From contig JBIJBT010000015.1 in the NCBI GenBank assembly GCA_044345055.1, positions 1 to 39,706 on the forward strand: 39,706 bases of DNA, written 5' to 3'. The position numbers were made by a program, and so were the translations under genes. Below are positions 19,235-28,893 of the stretch, in pieces. This DNA is from Bdellovibrionota bacterium. Lineage in GTDB: Bacteria; Bdellovibrionota_C; UBA2361; OMIW01. The notes below the pieces were generated by a model. That model was given only the letters and a program-made list of their open reading frames with translations. It searched no databases and had not been told where the DNA came from. The first letter of the stretch is position 1, and the number at the start of each line of letters is the position of its first letter.

Positions 19235-20660
19235 CCTTACTAATTCCTACCTAGACCTTCCGCCACTTTTTTACGTTCCAACTTCACCCACGGCGGTTAC
19301 TTCACCATCGTGGGTAGCAATGAATCAGCCACTCGCTCGGGATCTCGGTTTAGTTAGTGAGGATCTGTTTGGATTAAATGGGCTCTCTATTTTTGCTGGT
19401 AACGCTATCCCTGAAGGCGCAACGCCGGTTGCTCTTGCCTATGCGGGTCATCAGTTCGGAAACTTTGTGCCGAGCCTGGGGGATGGTCGAGCGGTACTAT
19501 TAGGTGAATTACGTTCACCTGATGGGATTTCGTACGATCTCCAGCTTAAGGGTTCGGGGCAAACCCCTTTTTCTCGGCGTGGAGATGGGCGCGCTGCTCT
19601 TGGCCCTATGATGCGTGAATACATTATTGGTGAGGCGTTGCATTTTCTCGGTATTCCTGCCACCCGAACCCTTGCGATTGTTGCAACGGGTGAAACAGTT
19701 ATGCGTGATCGACTCCTGCAGGGTGCTGTCCAGAGTCGTATTGCACTCGGTCATACAAGAGTTGGCACTTTTCAGTATGCGGCTGATCACGGTGGTGTTG
19801 ATGCGACCCGATCACTGGCTGAATACGTTATTAATCGGCACGATCGAGATATCGGAGACGATGAAGCAAGGTACAGCCGACTTGCCGAAGCAATAATTGA
19901 TCGTCAGGCATCATTGGTAGCTCAGTGGATGGCTGTGGGTTTTATTCACGGAGTAATGAACACAGACAATATTTCAGTTGCAGGCGAGAGTATCGATTTT
20001 GGTCCATGCGCCTTTATGAATCGGTATAAAGCTGCGACTGTTTTTAGCTCAATTGATCGACATGGGCGATACGCATTCGGTGCACAGCCATCGATACTCG
20101 GCTGGAATCTTGCACGGCTTGTTGAGTGTTTTATTCCGCTTCTTGCAGATAATGAAGATCGGGGTATTGAGCGGGCTCAGGAGATTGTTGATAGGTATCC
20201 CGGAAAATTTCGGAGCTACTGGTATCGGCGGATGCGCAAAAAACTAGGTTTTTTTACCGAGGAAGTAGAAGATGAGGATCTGATTACTGATCTTCTTTCC
20301 GTGATGGAAAAGGAGAAGAGCGATTATACGGCGACCTTTTGGGCTCTCTCTGCACAGGATATAACAGTTGATGAATCGCCTTTTAAAGAGTGGATCCACA
20401 GGTGGCGAGAACGAATTGATCCAGCGCGAAATAATCGGGCTATTGAAGAGAGTCTTAATGAAATGAAATCGATTAATCCAGCTGTGATTGCGAGAAACCA
20501 TTTTGTTGAGGGGGTGATTGCAAGTGGAGTTGAAGAGGGCGATTTTGAGCCGATGGAGCGTCTGGTTTCGGCTTTGCGCTCGCCATTTACGGAGCATTCT
20601 GAGTTCAGCATTCCTCCCGAAGGTGATGATTCGTCGTATCGGACCTTTTGTGGTACTTAA
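19227..20660 (+). CDS. selO: protein adenylyltransferase SelO/YdiU
   Basis: YAGHQFG, LGDGRA, LKGSGQTPFSRRGDGRA, GFIHGVMNTDN, IDFGPCAF, C-terminal TFCGT. Overlaps the mntR stop by 8 bp. Confidence 0.93.
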   Translation: MINLTNSYLDLPPLFYVPTSPTAVTSPSWVAMNQPLARDLGLVSEDLFGLNGLSIFAGNAIPEGATPVALAYAGHQFGNFVPSLGDGRAVLLGELRSPDGISYDLQLKGSGQTPFSRRGDGRAALGPMMREYIIGEALHFLGIPATRTLAIVATGETVMRDRLLQGAVQSRIALGHTRVGTFQYAADHGGVDATRSLAEYVINRHDRDIGDDEARYSRLAEAIIDRQASLVAQWMAVGFIHGVMNTDNISVAGESIDFGPCAFMNRYKAATVFSSIDRHGRYAFGAQPSILGWNLARLVECFIPLLADNEDRGIERAQEIVDRYPGKFRSYWYRRMRKKLGFFTEEVEDEDLITDLLSVMEKEKSDYTATFWALSAQDITVDESPFKEWIHRWRERIDPARNNRAIEESLNEMKSINPAVIARNHFVEGVIASGVEEGDFEPMERLVSALRSPFTEHSEFSIPPEGDDSSYRTFCGT

Positions 20661-20722
20661 GGTAAATCGGTTTGAATTCGGCTTAGATCGACACAATGCA
20701 TAGCTCTATGAAAGAGGTGTAG

Positions 20723-21778
20723 ATGAGCGAAGAAGCAAGAGAAAAATCAATTTTTACCCGAGACGATCTGATCAAAATTCGCGAGCAGCACCGTCTCGCA
20801 GGAGAGGTTGTAGGATACACCTCAGGAACCTTCGATCTGCTTCATCGAGGACACGTTGAATATTTAGGTGAGGCAAAAAAGCTTTGTGATCGCCTTATTG
20901 TGGGGGTTAATTCAGATTCCTCAGTGAGGTTATATAAAGGTCCAACGCGGCCCGTTATCAGCCATGAGGATCGAGCAATGGTCGTTGCGGCGCTTAAAAG
21001 TGTCGATTATGTCTTCGTTTTTGAGGAAAAAAACAACAACCGGACGATCGAGCTTCTTAAGCCCGATGTCTATATCAAAGCGGGTGATTATTCCAAAGAC
21101 AAGCTCTCTTCAGCTCCCCTCGTTGAATCTTACGGCGGTCGAATCGAGCTTGTCCCTTTTGTGCCGGAGCGTTCAACGACCTCAATAATCGAACGCGCCG
21201 GATTAATTGCGCAGACCGGTTCAATTACTCCCAGCTCTCTTGCGCCCCGACCTGCGCTGTTTCTAGATCGGGATGGAACGATCATTGAACATATCGAATA
21301 TATGCATGAGTCCTCAAAAGTAGTGATTAAAAAGGGTGCATTTGAGGCTATAAAAAAGTTTCAGGATGCTGGATATCGTATCGTCATGGTGACCAACCAG
21401 CCCGGCATCAGTCTTGGATATTTCACGGTTGAGGATTTTTTTCGGGTAAACTCCCGGATTTTGCGCGAGGCAGCACCTTTTGGAGTGCTCTTTGACAAGA
21501 TGTACTTTTGCCCTCATTCAAACGCCGATCGATGTGACTGCCGTAAGCCTCTCTCTGGTATGCTCGAGCGTGCAGTCGGCGATCTTCAGGTGCTTCGGGC
21601 CGAGAGCATATTCATTGGAGATAGCGGTTTTGATATAGATGCAGCTCAGCGATTTGGCTGTCGCTCGGTACTTTTATCAGAGAAGACTAATGGCGGCGGC
21701 GCTCCTTTAGCTTCGCCAGCTCCCGATCGTGTTGTCGGATCGTGGGATGAGATCGGGAGATTGGTTGATAATTGGTAA
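20723..21778 (+). CDS. fusion of heptose-1-phosphate adenylyltransferase-like domain (HldC/RfaE-II) and D,D-heptose 1,7-bisphosphate phosphatase (GmhB)
   Basis: N-terminal GTFDLLHRGH, VGVNSDSSV...KGPTRP, STTSII. C-terminal FLDRDGTI, VTNQPGI, CPH...CDCRKP, IGD...DI. Confidence 0.88.
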   Translation: MSEEAREKSIFTRDDLIKIREQHRLAGEVVGYTSGTFDLLHRGHVEYLGEAKKLCDRLIVGVNSDSSVRLYKGPTRPVISHEDRAMVVAALKSVDYVFVFEEKNNNRTIELLKPDVYIKAGDYSKDKLSSAPLVESYGGRIELVPFVPERSTTSIIERAGLIAQTGSITPSSLAPRPALFLDRDGTIIEHIEYMHESSKVVIKKGAFEAIKKFQDAGYRIVMVTNQPGISLGYFTVEDFFRVNSRILREAAPFGVLFDKMYFCPHSNADRCDCRKPLSGMLERAVGDLQVLRAESIFIGDSGFDIDAAQRFGCRSVLLSEKTNGGGAPLASPAPDRVVGSWDEIGRLVDNW

Positions 21779-21801
21779 TGGGCTCTCTCAAGTTGATTTT
21801 T

Positions 21802-22674
21802 TCAAGCTGTTTGCAGAAACGATTCTAAATTAGGATATCTTGGGTTGGGGAGAAGAGTTGATCGAAGAAGCGTTGTCTCTACCCGTTGATTGGAGAGCAT
21901 CGTGTGGTGCGCTACCTCCGGGGAGATGCTTCTCGGTGGTGGAAATGTAGCGTACTTAGCGCACAGAGCGATCATTTCAGATACCCGCATCCAGTCACTG
22001 TCGCTTGCATTAAGGATAGCCGGAGGTGGCTCGCCGTTAGTAGCTTCGCCGACTGTAGCTTCATAGCTAATTAATCGTGTGATCGCTATCGCAAGATCTT
22101 CAACATGAATCCGATTTGTCCAGCGGTCTGCGCCCGCTACGAACCGATATTCCCCACGCACCAGCCGATCGAGGATTGAGCGTCCCGGCCCGTAGATTCC
22201 CGCTACTCTCAAAATAGAGGTCAGCGAACCTCGCTCAGCGTACAGCTGCTCACACGCAAGACGCGCAGCAGCGTGCGGCTCTGCTGGTCGGGGAACGGTA
22301 GCCTCGGTAACGATGGCGCCATTTCGCTCACCGTAAACTCCGGTCGTGCTCAGGTAGATAATCCGGATTGGTTGTGCTCCAACGGCAGCGAGCACTGATC
22401 GTGGTCCCAGAGTACCGGTATCGCCTCGCTCCTCGAATATCGGAGGCACTCCATCAACGATCGTGGTTATCGATGGGTAGCGGTCGAGAACCTCTCGTAG
22501 CCGCTCGGTATCGGTGATGACTATCGGCTCGCACACGAAATTCTCAGCTTGGAGCGATGCCGCTGATGCAGCGCTCTTTGTTGTGCATAGAACGGCATCA
22601 GCGCCGAGTAGCCGCGCAACCCGAGAAAGGGTGTAGCCACAGCCAAGAAGAAGGGTGGTGGGGGAGTAGGTCAT
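21802..22674 (-). CDS. NAD-dependent epimerase/dehydratase (atypical SDR, YeeZ-like)
   Basis: LGCGY, YLSTTGVYG, LRVAGIYGPGR, NRIHVEDLA. Confidence 0.85.
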   Translation of the reverse strand: MTYSPTTLLLGCGYTLSRVARLLGADAVLCTTKSAASAASLQAENFVCEPIVITDTERLREVLDRYPSITTIVDGVPPIFEERGDTGTLGPRSVLAAVGAQPIRIIYLSTTGVYGERNGAIVTEATVPRPAEPHAAARLACEQLYAERGSLTSILRVAGIYGPGRSILDRLVRGEYRFVAGADRWTNRIHVEDLAIAITRLISYEATVGEATNGEPPPAILNASDSDWMRVSEMIALCAKYATFPPPRSISPEVAHHTMLSNQRVETTLLRSTLLPNPRYPNLESFLQTA

Positions 22675-22746
22675 ACCGATCTTAATTTTGTGTTGATTGG
22701 ATGGTTGAAAGGTAGTCTAGAGGGCACGAATAACCATTTATTTAAG

Positions 22747-22803
22747 AAAAAAAAGGCGAAGGGTTGAACAATCGGAAAAGTTCCGATTGAATCCCTTCGC
22801 CTT
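22747..22803 (-). terminator. long rho-independent terminator downstream of the ABC1 kinase
   Basis: Stems AAGGCGAAGGG/CCCTTCGCCTT and CAATCGGAA/TTCCGATTG, then a poly-T run on the minus strand. Confidence 0.8.
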
Positions 22804-22847
22804 GGTGCAACCGTCGGTAAAACTGTGGGGAACGGATAGAAGAGGCG

Positions 22848-24521
22848 CTAACTCTCCATCCGCTGCTCCGAGACGAGCCATCTTCCGAGGAAGAATAGGC
22901 CTCCCAAGAGGAGCGGCACTCCCAGGATGACAGTGTCATCCCAGAAGGCGAGGCCGGACAGCAGCGAAAACGCTCCAAAGAGCACAGCTGCGTTCAACGA
23001 TCGTACGCCAGGACTCAACTTCCGTGTCGCCTTCACCGTCGCGGAATCGCGAACGGGCAGGGCGAGTTGGCCAGTCTCGAACTGGCGGACCGCTCGCTGA
23101 AGTGTCCGGGCGGATATCCGGCCGATGCGAGCAGTCCGGATCAGGTCCTGCGTAATCCGATCGAGGACCCCAAAGGGGCTTCCGAACGATCTCGCTAGGA
23201 CAAACCCGGAGGCTTGCGCGAGGACTATCTGGCGATAGTCAACGGAGGGAGCCTTGCTCGCTAGGGTCGCGAGAGTTCCCTCCAACTCGATGAGGCTTCG
23301 CCCAAGGAGTACGAACTCCTCGGGCACTGAAATCCGACCCTTGTTATCGGTTTGCTCAAGGAGTCGTTTGGCGAGAACGCCAACCGAATCACCCGAGATT
23401 CCGCCGACCTCAATGAGGGTCAGAAATGAGTCGATCGCCTCGATGACGCGATCGTCTCCCACCGCCTCAGATCCGAGAATTCCTGCGCGAGCAAGATCCT
23501 CGACGATGGCGGTAGCATCAGCAGTTATGGCGTGAACAGCCACATCTGCTAGAGCCTTGCGAGTCGATTCTGAGAGCCTACCCAACATACCGCAATCGTA
23601 AAATACGATGCGGCCATCGGGCTGTATCGCCATATTCCCCGAGTGGGGATCGGCGTGAAACAGTCCCGTCACCACAATCTGGTGTATGAATGCGTCCACC
23701 AGATTGCGGGAGGCTCTCTCGACTTGCCACGATGGTGGAGCTCGCAGATCCTTGGGCGAAGTGCCGGGAACGTAGTCGAGCGCCAGCACCTTTTCGGTGC
23801 AGAGCTCGTCGCCTGTGCCCGGTACGATCACTTTCACCGAGGTTCTCTCGAACACTCGGCGAAAATCGCGGTAGTTTTGAGCTTCCCGCAGGAAGTCCAG
23901 CTCCTCCGCAACTGTGATTGCGATCTGGTCGATATTTGCGACCGGATCGATTCCCGGGAAAAGCCACGGCACGAACCGGCAATGCTGTGCGATTGAGCGC
24001 AGAATCGCCAGATCCGTCCGCATCAGCTCCCTGATGCCGGTCCGTTGGACTTTGAGAACGATTTCTCGTCCTCTCCAACGAGCTCGATGCACGGTCGCGA
24101 TACTCGCGGCCTTTAACGGGCGCGGATCGATCGAATCGAGTTCGTCGAACCGAGCTCCCAGCTCCTCCCGAAGGAGTTGTTGAACCCGTTCGAACGGGTC
24201 CGCTGGAACATCGGACTGGAGGTTCGATAGAACCTCCATCCAAACGGGAGAGAGGAGATCCCCCCGTGTGGAAAGGATCTGTCCGACCTTGATGAAGGTC
24301 GGACCGAGTCCTATAAGCCGACGGCAAAACTCCTCGGCAGCACGCCGAGAGATGACCTCTGGGTCATCTTCGGCTCCCAGAAGCATCGCTCCCTGCTGTC
24401 CCGCGAGGAAAAGCAAGAAGCCGATGACCTGGGTCAAGATCACCCAAAAGCGGGTGATCTTGTATCCGACACTTGGCGCACGGCTAAACTCAGCAGCCGC
24501 AGCCGAAATTTTTTTCCCCAT
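22848..24521 (-). CDS. ABC1/AarF/UbiB family atypical kinase
   Basis: LGPTFIKVGQILSTR, AASIATVHRA, LKVQR, EELDF, FHADPHSGN, YDCGM, and C-terminal TM helices. Confidence 0.92.
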   Translation of the reverse strand: MGKKISAAAAEFSRAPSVGYKITRFWVILTQVIGFLLFLAGQQGAMLLGAEDDPEVISRRAAEEFCRRLIGLGPTFIKVGQILSTRGDLLSPVWMEVLSNLQSDVPADPFERVQQLLREELGARFDELDSIDPRPLKAASIATVHRARWRGREIVLKVQRTGIRELMRTDLAILRSIAQHCRFVPWLFPGIDPVANIDQIAITVAEELDFLREAQNYRDFRRVFERTSVKVIVPGTGDELCTEKVLALDYVPGTSPKDLRAPPSWQVERASRNLVDAFIHQIVVTGLFHADPHSGNMAIQPDGRIVFYDCGMLGRLSESTRKALADVAVHAITADATAIVEDLARAGILGSEAVGDDRVIEAIDSFLTLIEVGGISGDSVGVLAKRLLEQTDNKGRISVPEEFVLLGRSLIELEGTLATLASKAPSVDYRQIVLAQASGFVLARSFGSPFGVLDRITQDLIRTARIGRISARTLQRAVRQFETGQLALPVRDSATVKATRKLSPGVRSLNAAVLFGAFSLLSGLAFWDDTVILGVPLLLGGLFFLGRWLVSEQRMES

Positions 24522-24882
24522 TTTGGAACCTTCTCCAAAAAACCTTTCGCACTATGGAGCGAAGGTTTATACCGTGTCAATGGTGGCAGAATTGGGATGA
24601 ACGAATGGTAAAAGATCGACCCGCATCAGCAGGGACGATCTCTCTTTTTGAGCTGCTCTTGGATCGCAGAGAGTTAAGAGTAGGGGATAAGTTCCTAAAT
24701 CAGAAAGTCGAGTACCATCAGGTGTAAATTCTCGTAATCGAAACGATACTCGACTAATGCTACTATTTCACTTTGTGTCGCTTGTTTCGCACATTAAGAT
24801 CTTTCAATTAGTACCGATACTATCGCCTAGCTCAATCGATCAACGGCACCCACAAGTTCGTCAAGCGAAAGAGTAAGAATAG

Positions 24883-25044
24883 TCACCATTCGAGAACCCT
24901 CGCAAACCACGCGGTAATACTTGCAGTTATCAAAAACATCAGAGATGCGGCAAAGAGCGCGGCGCTGACCGCAAATGAAATAGCAACCCAAAAACGGCTA
25001 TCAGGAGCTTGGTGATCTTTTTCTGATAAAGAAGAGGAGCTCAT
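24883..25044 (-). CDS. putative 53-aa single-TM small protein (below the ORF-track cutoff)
   Basis: MSSSSLSEKDHQAPDSRFWVAISFAVSAALFAASLMFLITASITAWFARVLEW, with an AAGGA RBS upstream. Confidence 0.45.
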   Translation of the reverse strand: MSSSSLSEKDHQAPDSRFWVAISFAVSAALFAASLMFLITASITAWFARVLEW

Positions 25045-25182
25045 AAGGATTCCTTTGAGGATGCCGCTAGTACCCGTTTTTTTTTCAGTATGTCATACTG
25101 AAGGGCCATTTCCTACCGTTCTCTTTCGGCGCTCATTGAACAGAACGCCGCTTCAGTAGTTCACTTTTTTTCGCAGGTACCT

Positions 25183-26898
25183 GTGGCTCAGACGACAAAA
25201 GTAGGTGGCGAAACGCGAGGATTATCCCCTTCGGTGTTGCGCCGTGTTCATCGATTAGCCACCCGACGGATTGATCCCGATGAGATGGCTCCCGCCGAAT
25301 TTGCCCGCGAGCTCTATGAGACAGCGCGAGATATCGGGCGGCGCATCGGAGTTCTTATTTCTCGCGATGGCCGTGTTGAGGAGGTTTTTGTTGGGTCAAA
25401 ACAGATTTTGTATCTACCCGATCTCGGGCGGTATAGACTCTCTGGGGGAAGGCTGCGCAGATTGCGATTGCTCTTTAGCGATCTCTCGACGAAGGAGGAT
25501 ACACCTGAGATACCTGCTGATATCATCACTGACCTTGAAAAGCTGCGCCTTGACGCGGTGATCTCGGTGAAGCAAAGTCGCGGCGGGATTGCTTGTCGCT
25601 ACGGGTATCTAATGCCCGATGGCACTACTCATGAAGAGCTGGTGCGTGATATTGGACGCTGGGACCTTTCGTTCCGAGAGTTTATAACCAATCTCGAGCG
25701 TGAATTGACGATAGCGCTCGTGCTTGCTGATACCCACGCTCGCGATGATACTCGAGCGGTGCTCGTGAGTGTGAGCGATCGTTCTGAACACGTGGTGAGG
25801 ACATCTCTTGATGAGTTACAGGAGCTGTGCCGTACTGCGGGGGTTGCGGTGATACATCGGGTCGTTCAACGTAAAAAGCCCGACCCACGTTCAGTTCTCG
25901 GTAAGGGAAAGCTTGAGGAAGTTGTTCTTACCTGTCTCAAATTGGGAGCAGGACTCGTCATATTTGATACCGAATTAAAACCCTCGCAGTGGCGAGTAAT
26001 TACCAACTCAACCGATCTCAAAGTTCTAGATCGCTCAATGGTGATCCTCGACATATTCGCTCAACGAGCAACAAGCAGCGAGGGTCGGCTACAGGTTGAG
26101 CTTGCCCAGTTAACCTACAATCTTCCGCGGCTCGTCGAGCAGGATGCGGGACTTTCTCGGCTAACAGGTGGAATAGGGGGTCGAGGACCGGGTGAAACAA
26201 AGCTAGAGATTGGCCGACGTCGAGCGCGAGACCGCATCACTTTGCTCAAAAATCGACTTGAGGAAATTGCTTCTCAGCGGGCGCTCCGCCGCCAAAGACG
26301 CACCGACGCAGATATTCCGTTAGTCGCGATCATTGGGTACACGAATGCGGGTAAATCAACTCTCTTTAATCGATTAACGGGGGATGCTGTTCTTGCTGAG
26401 GATAAGCTTTTTGCAACTCTCACCCCGTTCCAACGCAAAGTTCTCTTTACTCCCGAGGATGAAAGTAGTGAGCCGGTGATGGCGATCGTATCTGACACGG
26501 TTGGTTTCATTCGAGAGCTACCGCGCGAGCTATTGCCCGCTTTTCGCGCAACGCTTGAGGAGATCGAAGGGGCTGAGGTGGTGCTTCATGTCATAGATGG
26601 CTCCGACCCAGAACAAACGCTTCGGTATCGCGCTGTACGTGACATTTTGCGTTCTTTCGAGCTCGGGAGCACGAGGGAATTGGTACTTTTTAATAAGAGC
26701 GATCGGGTGAGTGGGGAACAGGGAACGGGATTAGGCGATGATGTCGAATCGCTGCGGATCTCGGCGCTCACCGGTGAGGGGATGTCTGCGGTGCGCGGTT
26801 GGCTCGCTAACGCCCTCGGGCTCAGGAAAGCGAAGGAGGGGGCGGAACAGCACTCGGCTGGGTTTGATGCGGTAGGTGTCGAAGAGAGTCCGAAATAA
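25183..26898 (+). CDS. hflX: GTPase HflX (long form with extra N-terminal domain)
   Basis: ILDIFAQRA, LQVELAQL, GGRGPGETKLE, GYTNAGKSTL, DTVGFI, NKSD, ISA. Confidence 0.95.
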   Translation: MAQTTKVGGETRGLSPSVLRRVHRLATRRIDPDEMAPAEFARELYETARDIGRRIGVLISRDGRVEEVFVGSKQILYLPDLGRYRLSGGRLRRLRLLFSDLSTKEDTPEIPADIITDLEKLRLDAVISVKQSRGGIACRYGYLMPDGTTHEELVRDIGRWDLSFREFITNLERELTIALVLADTHARDDTRAVLVSVSDRSEHVVRTSLDELQELCRTAGVAVIHRVVQRKKPDPRSVLGKGKLEEVVLTCLKLGAGLVIFDTELKPSQWRVITNSTDLKVLDRSMVILDIFAQRATSSEGRLQVELAQLTYNLPRLVEQDAGLSRLTGGIGGRGPGETKLEIGRRRARDRITLLKNRLEEIASQRALRRQRRTDADIPLVAIIGYTNAGKSTLFNRLTGDAVLAEDKLFATLTPFQRKVLFTPEDESSEPVMAIVSDTVGFIRELPRELLPAFRATLEEIEGAEVVLHVIDGSDPEQTLRYRAVRDILRSFELGSTRELVLFNKSDRVSGEQGTGLGDDVESLRISALTGEGMSAVRGWLANALGLRKAKEGAEQHSAGFDAVGVEESPK

Positions 26899-26981
26899 TG
26901 GCTCGGGAGCGAATATCGTCAGGTTGAGATTATGCGATCTAATAAAGGCATCGAGAAAGTCATCGAGAGCTGCTACGACCT

Positions 26982-27641
26982 TTACGAAAGAAGTTTTTCG
27001 ACCAAAGTGGTGTACTCTAACTCGAGGGCCTCCTGTTGATTTGTGATCGTTCCGAGACGCTCTTGAACTTCTCGATACTCTTCGAGCAATTGGCGTAGCG
27101 TCTCTCCAGCGGTTCGCATCGTTTGCTGCAATTCTTCGAGGAATTGACGTTGTGGTTTGGTAAGCTCAACCTGCGCGAGTAGATCCTCCAACTGTTGCTG
27201 AGAGTTCGCCAATTGAAGTTCAAGCTCAGCTGCCTCTTCACTAATTACCGAAAATTGAGAGCGAATATCCTCTAGAACCGCCTCATCCTCGGCACGGGCC
27301 GTTTTAAGTGCTTGTTGGGTAAGCTCTAACTCCTGAACAGAAATTTGCGCTACTTTGAGTTTGTCAGCGATCTGTTCGCATTCGGCCTGTAGCCTCTGGA
27401 CCTCTTTGGTTATTGATTCGCGATTTGATTGCAAAGAGGTGAAGCTGGCTTTCGATATAACGGTATCGGGCTCAATCATTGTGTCGCGAATAGCCTGCTC
27501 CAGATCAGCTATCTGCTGCATGAGCTCTATATTCGGGCCTTTGTGTTGACTAGAGCGAAGGCGGGAGGTTTTCAAAAAAAAAGCAAACTGGATGCCGGCT
27601 CCAATTAACATGCCGATAGTTATTGGAAGAATATAGCTCAT
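26982..27641 (-). CDS. hypothetical membrane-anchored coiled-coil protein
   Basis: N-terminal TM helix followed by a Q/E/L heptad-rich region. GGAG RBS. Confidence 0.7.
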   Translation of the reverse strand: MSYILPITIGMLIGAGIQFAFFLKTSRLRSSQHKGPNIELMQQIADLEQAIRDTMIEPDTVISKASFTSLQSNRESITKEVQRLQAECEQIADKLKVAQISVQELELTQQALKTARAEDEAVLEDIRSQFSVISEEAAELELQLANSQQQLEDLLAQVELTKPQRQFLEELQQTMRTAGETLRQLLEEYREVQERLGTITNQQEALELEYTTLVEKLLS

Positions 27642-27812
27642 TGAGACTCCGTTAGTTTATCTCTTCGTAGTGAGTTCTCTTTCAATAGTCGAATTTTAAA
27701 GTCCTCCGATAACCACACTAATGATGCTCATACTGCGATATTCGGATTTTGTTAGGGATTTGCCAACTCAATTAATCGCTTTATCGAAATATTGAGGGGA
27801 CAAAACTTCCTG

Positions 27813-28820
27813 CTATCCTTCAATCACAAGCTTGGGCCGAATCAGCCCTCCGGTAACCGAAAAAGAGGTCGGTTTGTCGGGAGTAATTTTACCCTGAACC
27901 CACGGCCCGTTTAGAAGCAGCTGAGCAACCGCAGCGAGAGATCGTTCAAGGGTAACCGAGCCTGAGAGCGCTATCCCATCACCCCATCCTGTAGTAGCAA
28001 CTCCCTCACTTCCTACCGGAACTCTCCCCGAGGCCGAGAGCTCAACTCCCTTTGAACGTAGCGATGCTGAGCGAATGTTCACACCTCTGCTAAAAAGTAC
28101 AATTTCAGCGGCAACATTTGTGCGTGGTAGTGGAGGAAGTGGGACTGCTGACCCCAAAGAGATGCCCGGAAGTCGCAGAGTGCCGATAATTTTAGCAGGA
28201 AGGGTTATCTCCGAAGAGGCGCTCTTTTCGAGCCCGTCAGCTGAAACAACGATCACTCGACACGACTCATTTGAGCCCTCACACTCCGCGGCTCCTACAT
28301 CGTGAGTTATCATCGAGCCCGTTATGATCCCTCCCGTGAGTACAAGAGGGGCAAGAGTTGTCGACGATTTTAGCGAGATTCCGTTTGCAGATAAATTTCC
28401 GAGCTCAATAGCACCATTTGATGCGCGGACAATTGTTGCCGAGAATGTCCCACCGAGACCCGAACCATTAACGGAAATCGCTGGACGGAGCCGAAGAATA
28501 TCAAGAAGATTTAATTCTACCGTTACAGAATCAAGCTGCTCACTGATCTGAAATTGAGGAACATTAACCGTAACCCGATCAAGTTTTGCTCCGAAGCCCT
28601 CCCTCTGAATAAGATCGTAGGAAAGAAAAATTCTCTGCTCAGCAAACCCTCGTCGTGCTACCTCACCACCATAAGCAACGATATAATCGAGACTCACCGA
28701 GAAAGCCCCTATCACGAGACAAAGTATCGCCGCGAGAGAAAATAGAATATATCGACGGGACGGAAATGCTAATTTATCCGAGCGGGAATTTAAAGAAGAA
28801 AAGCTGACTAATCGTGACAT
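27813..28820 (-). CDS. type II secretion GspN-like protein
   Basis: N-terminal TM helix plus a beta-rich periplasmic domain. C-terminal FSVTGGLIRPKL. Lies downstream of gspL/gspM-like genes. Confidence 0.55.
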   Translation of the reverse strand: MSRLVSFSSLNSRSDKLAFPSRRYILFSLAAILCLVIGAFSVSLDYIVAYGGEVARRGFAEQRIFLSYDLIQREGFGAKLDRVTVNVPQFQISEQLDSVTVELNLLDILRLRPAISVNGSGLGGTFSATIVRASNGAIELGNLSANGISLKSSTTLAPLVLTGGIITGSMITHDVGAAECEGSNESCRVIVVSADGLEKSASSEITLPAKIIGTLRLPGISLGSAVPLPPLPRTNVAAEIVLFSRGVNIRSASLRSKGVELSASGRVPVGSEGVATTGWGDGIALSGSVTLERSLAAVAQLLLNGPWVQGKITPDKPTSFSVTGGLIRPKLVIEG

Positions 28821-28893
28821 GAAGCGTACAAAATATTATGAAGGAAAAAGATATTATGACGGGCAAATATTGGGCACAAAAATAAAAACTCTT

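Noticed and set aside
20640..20700. Selenocysteine in SelO
   Set aside because: The C-terminus is TFCGT with TGT (Cys) and a TAA stop; there is no in-frame TGA.
23254..24600. Several long alternative-frame ORFs (up to 249 aa)
   Set aside because: They lie within the GC-rich ABC1 kinase gene and have S/R/G/P-rich shadow composition.
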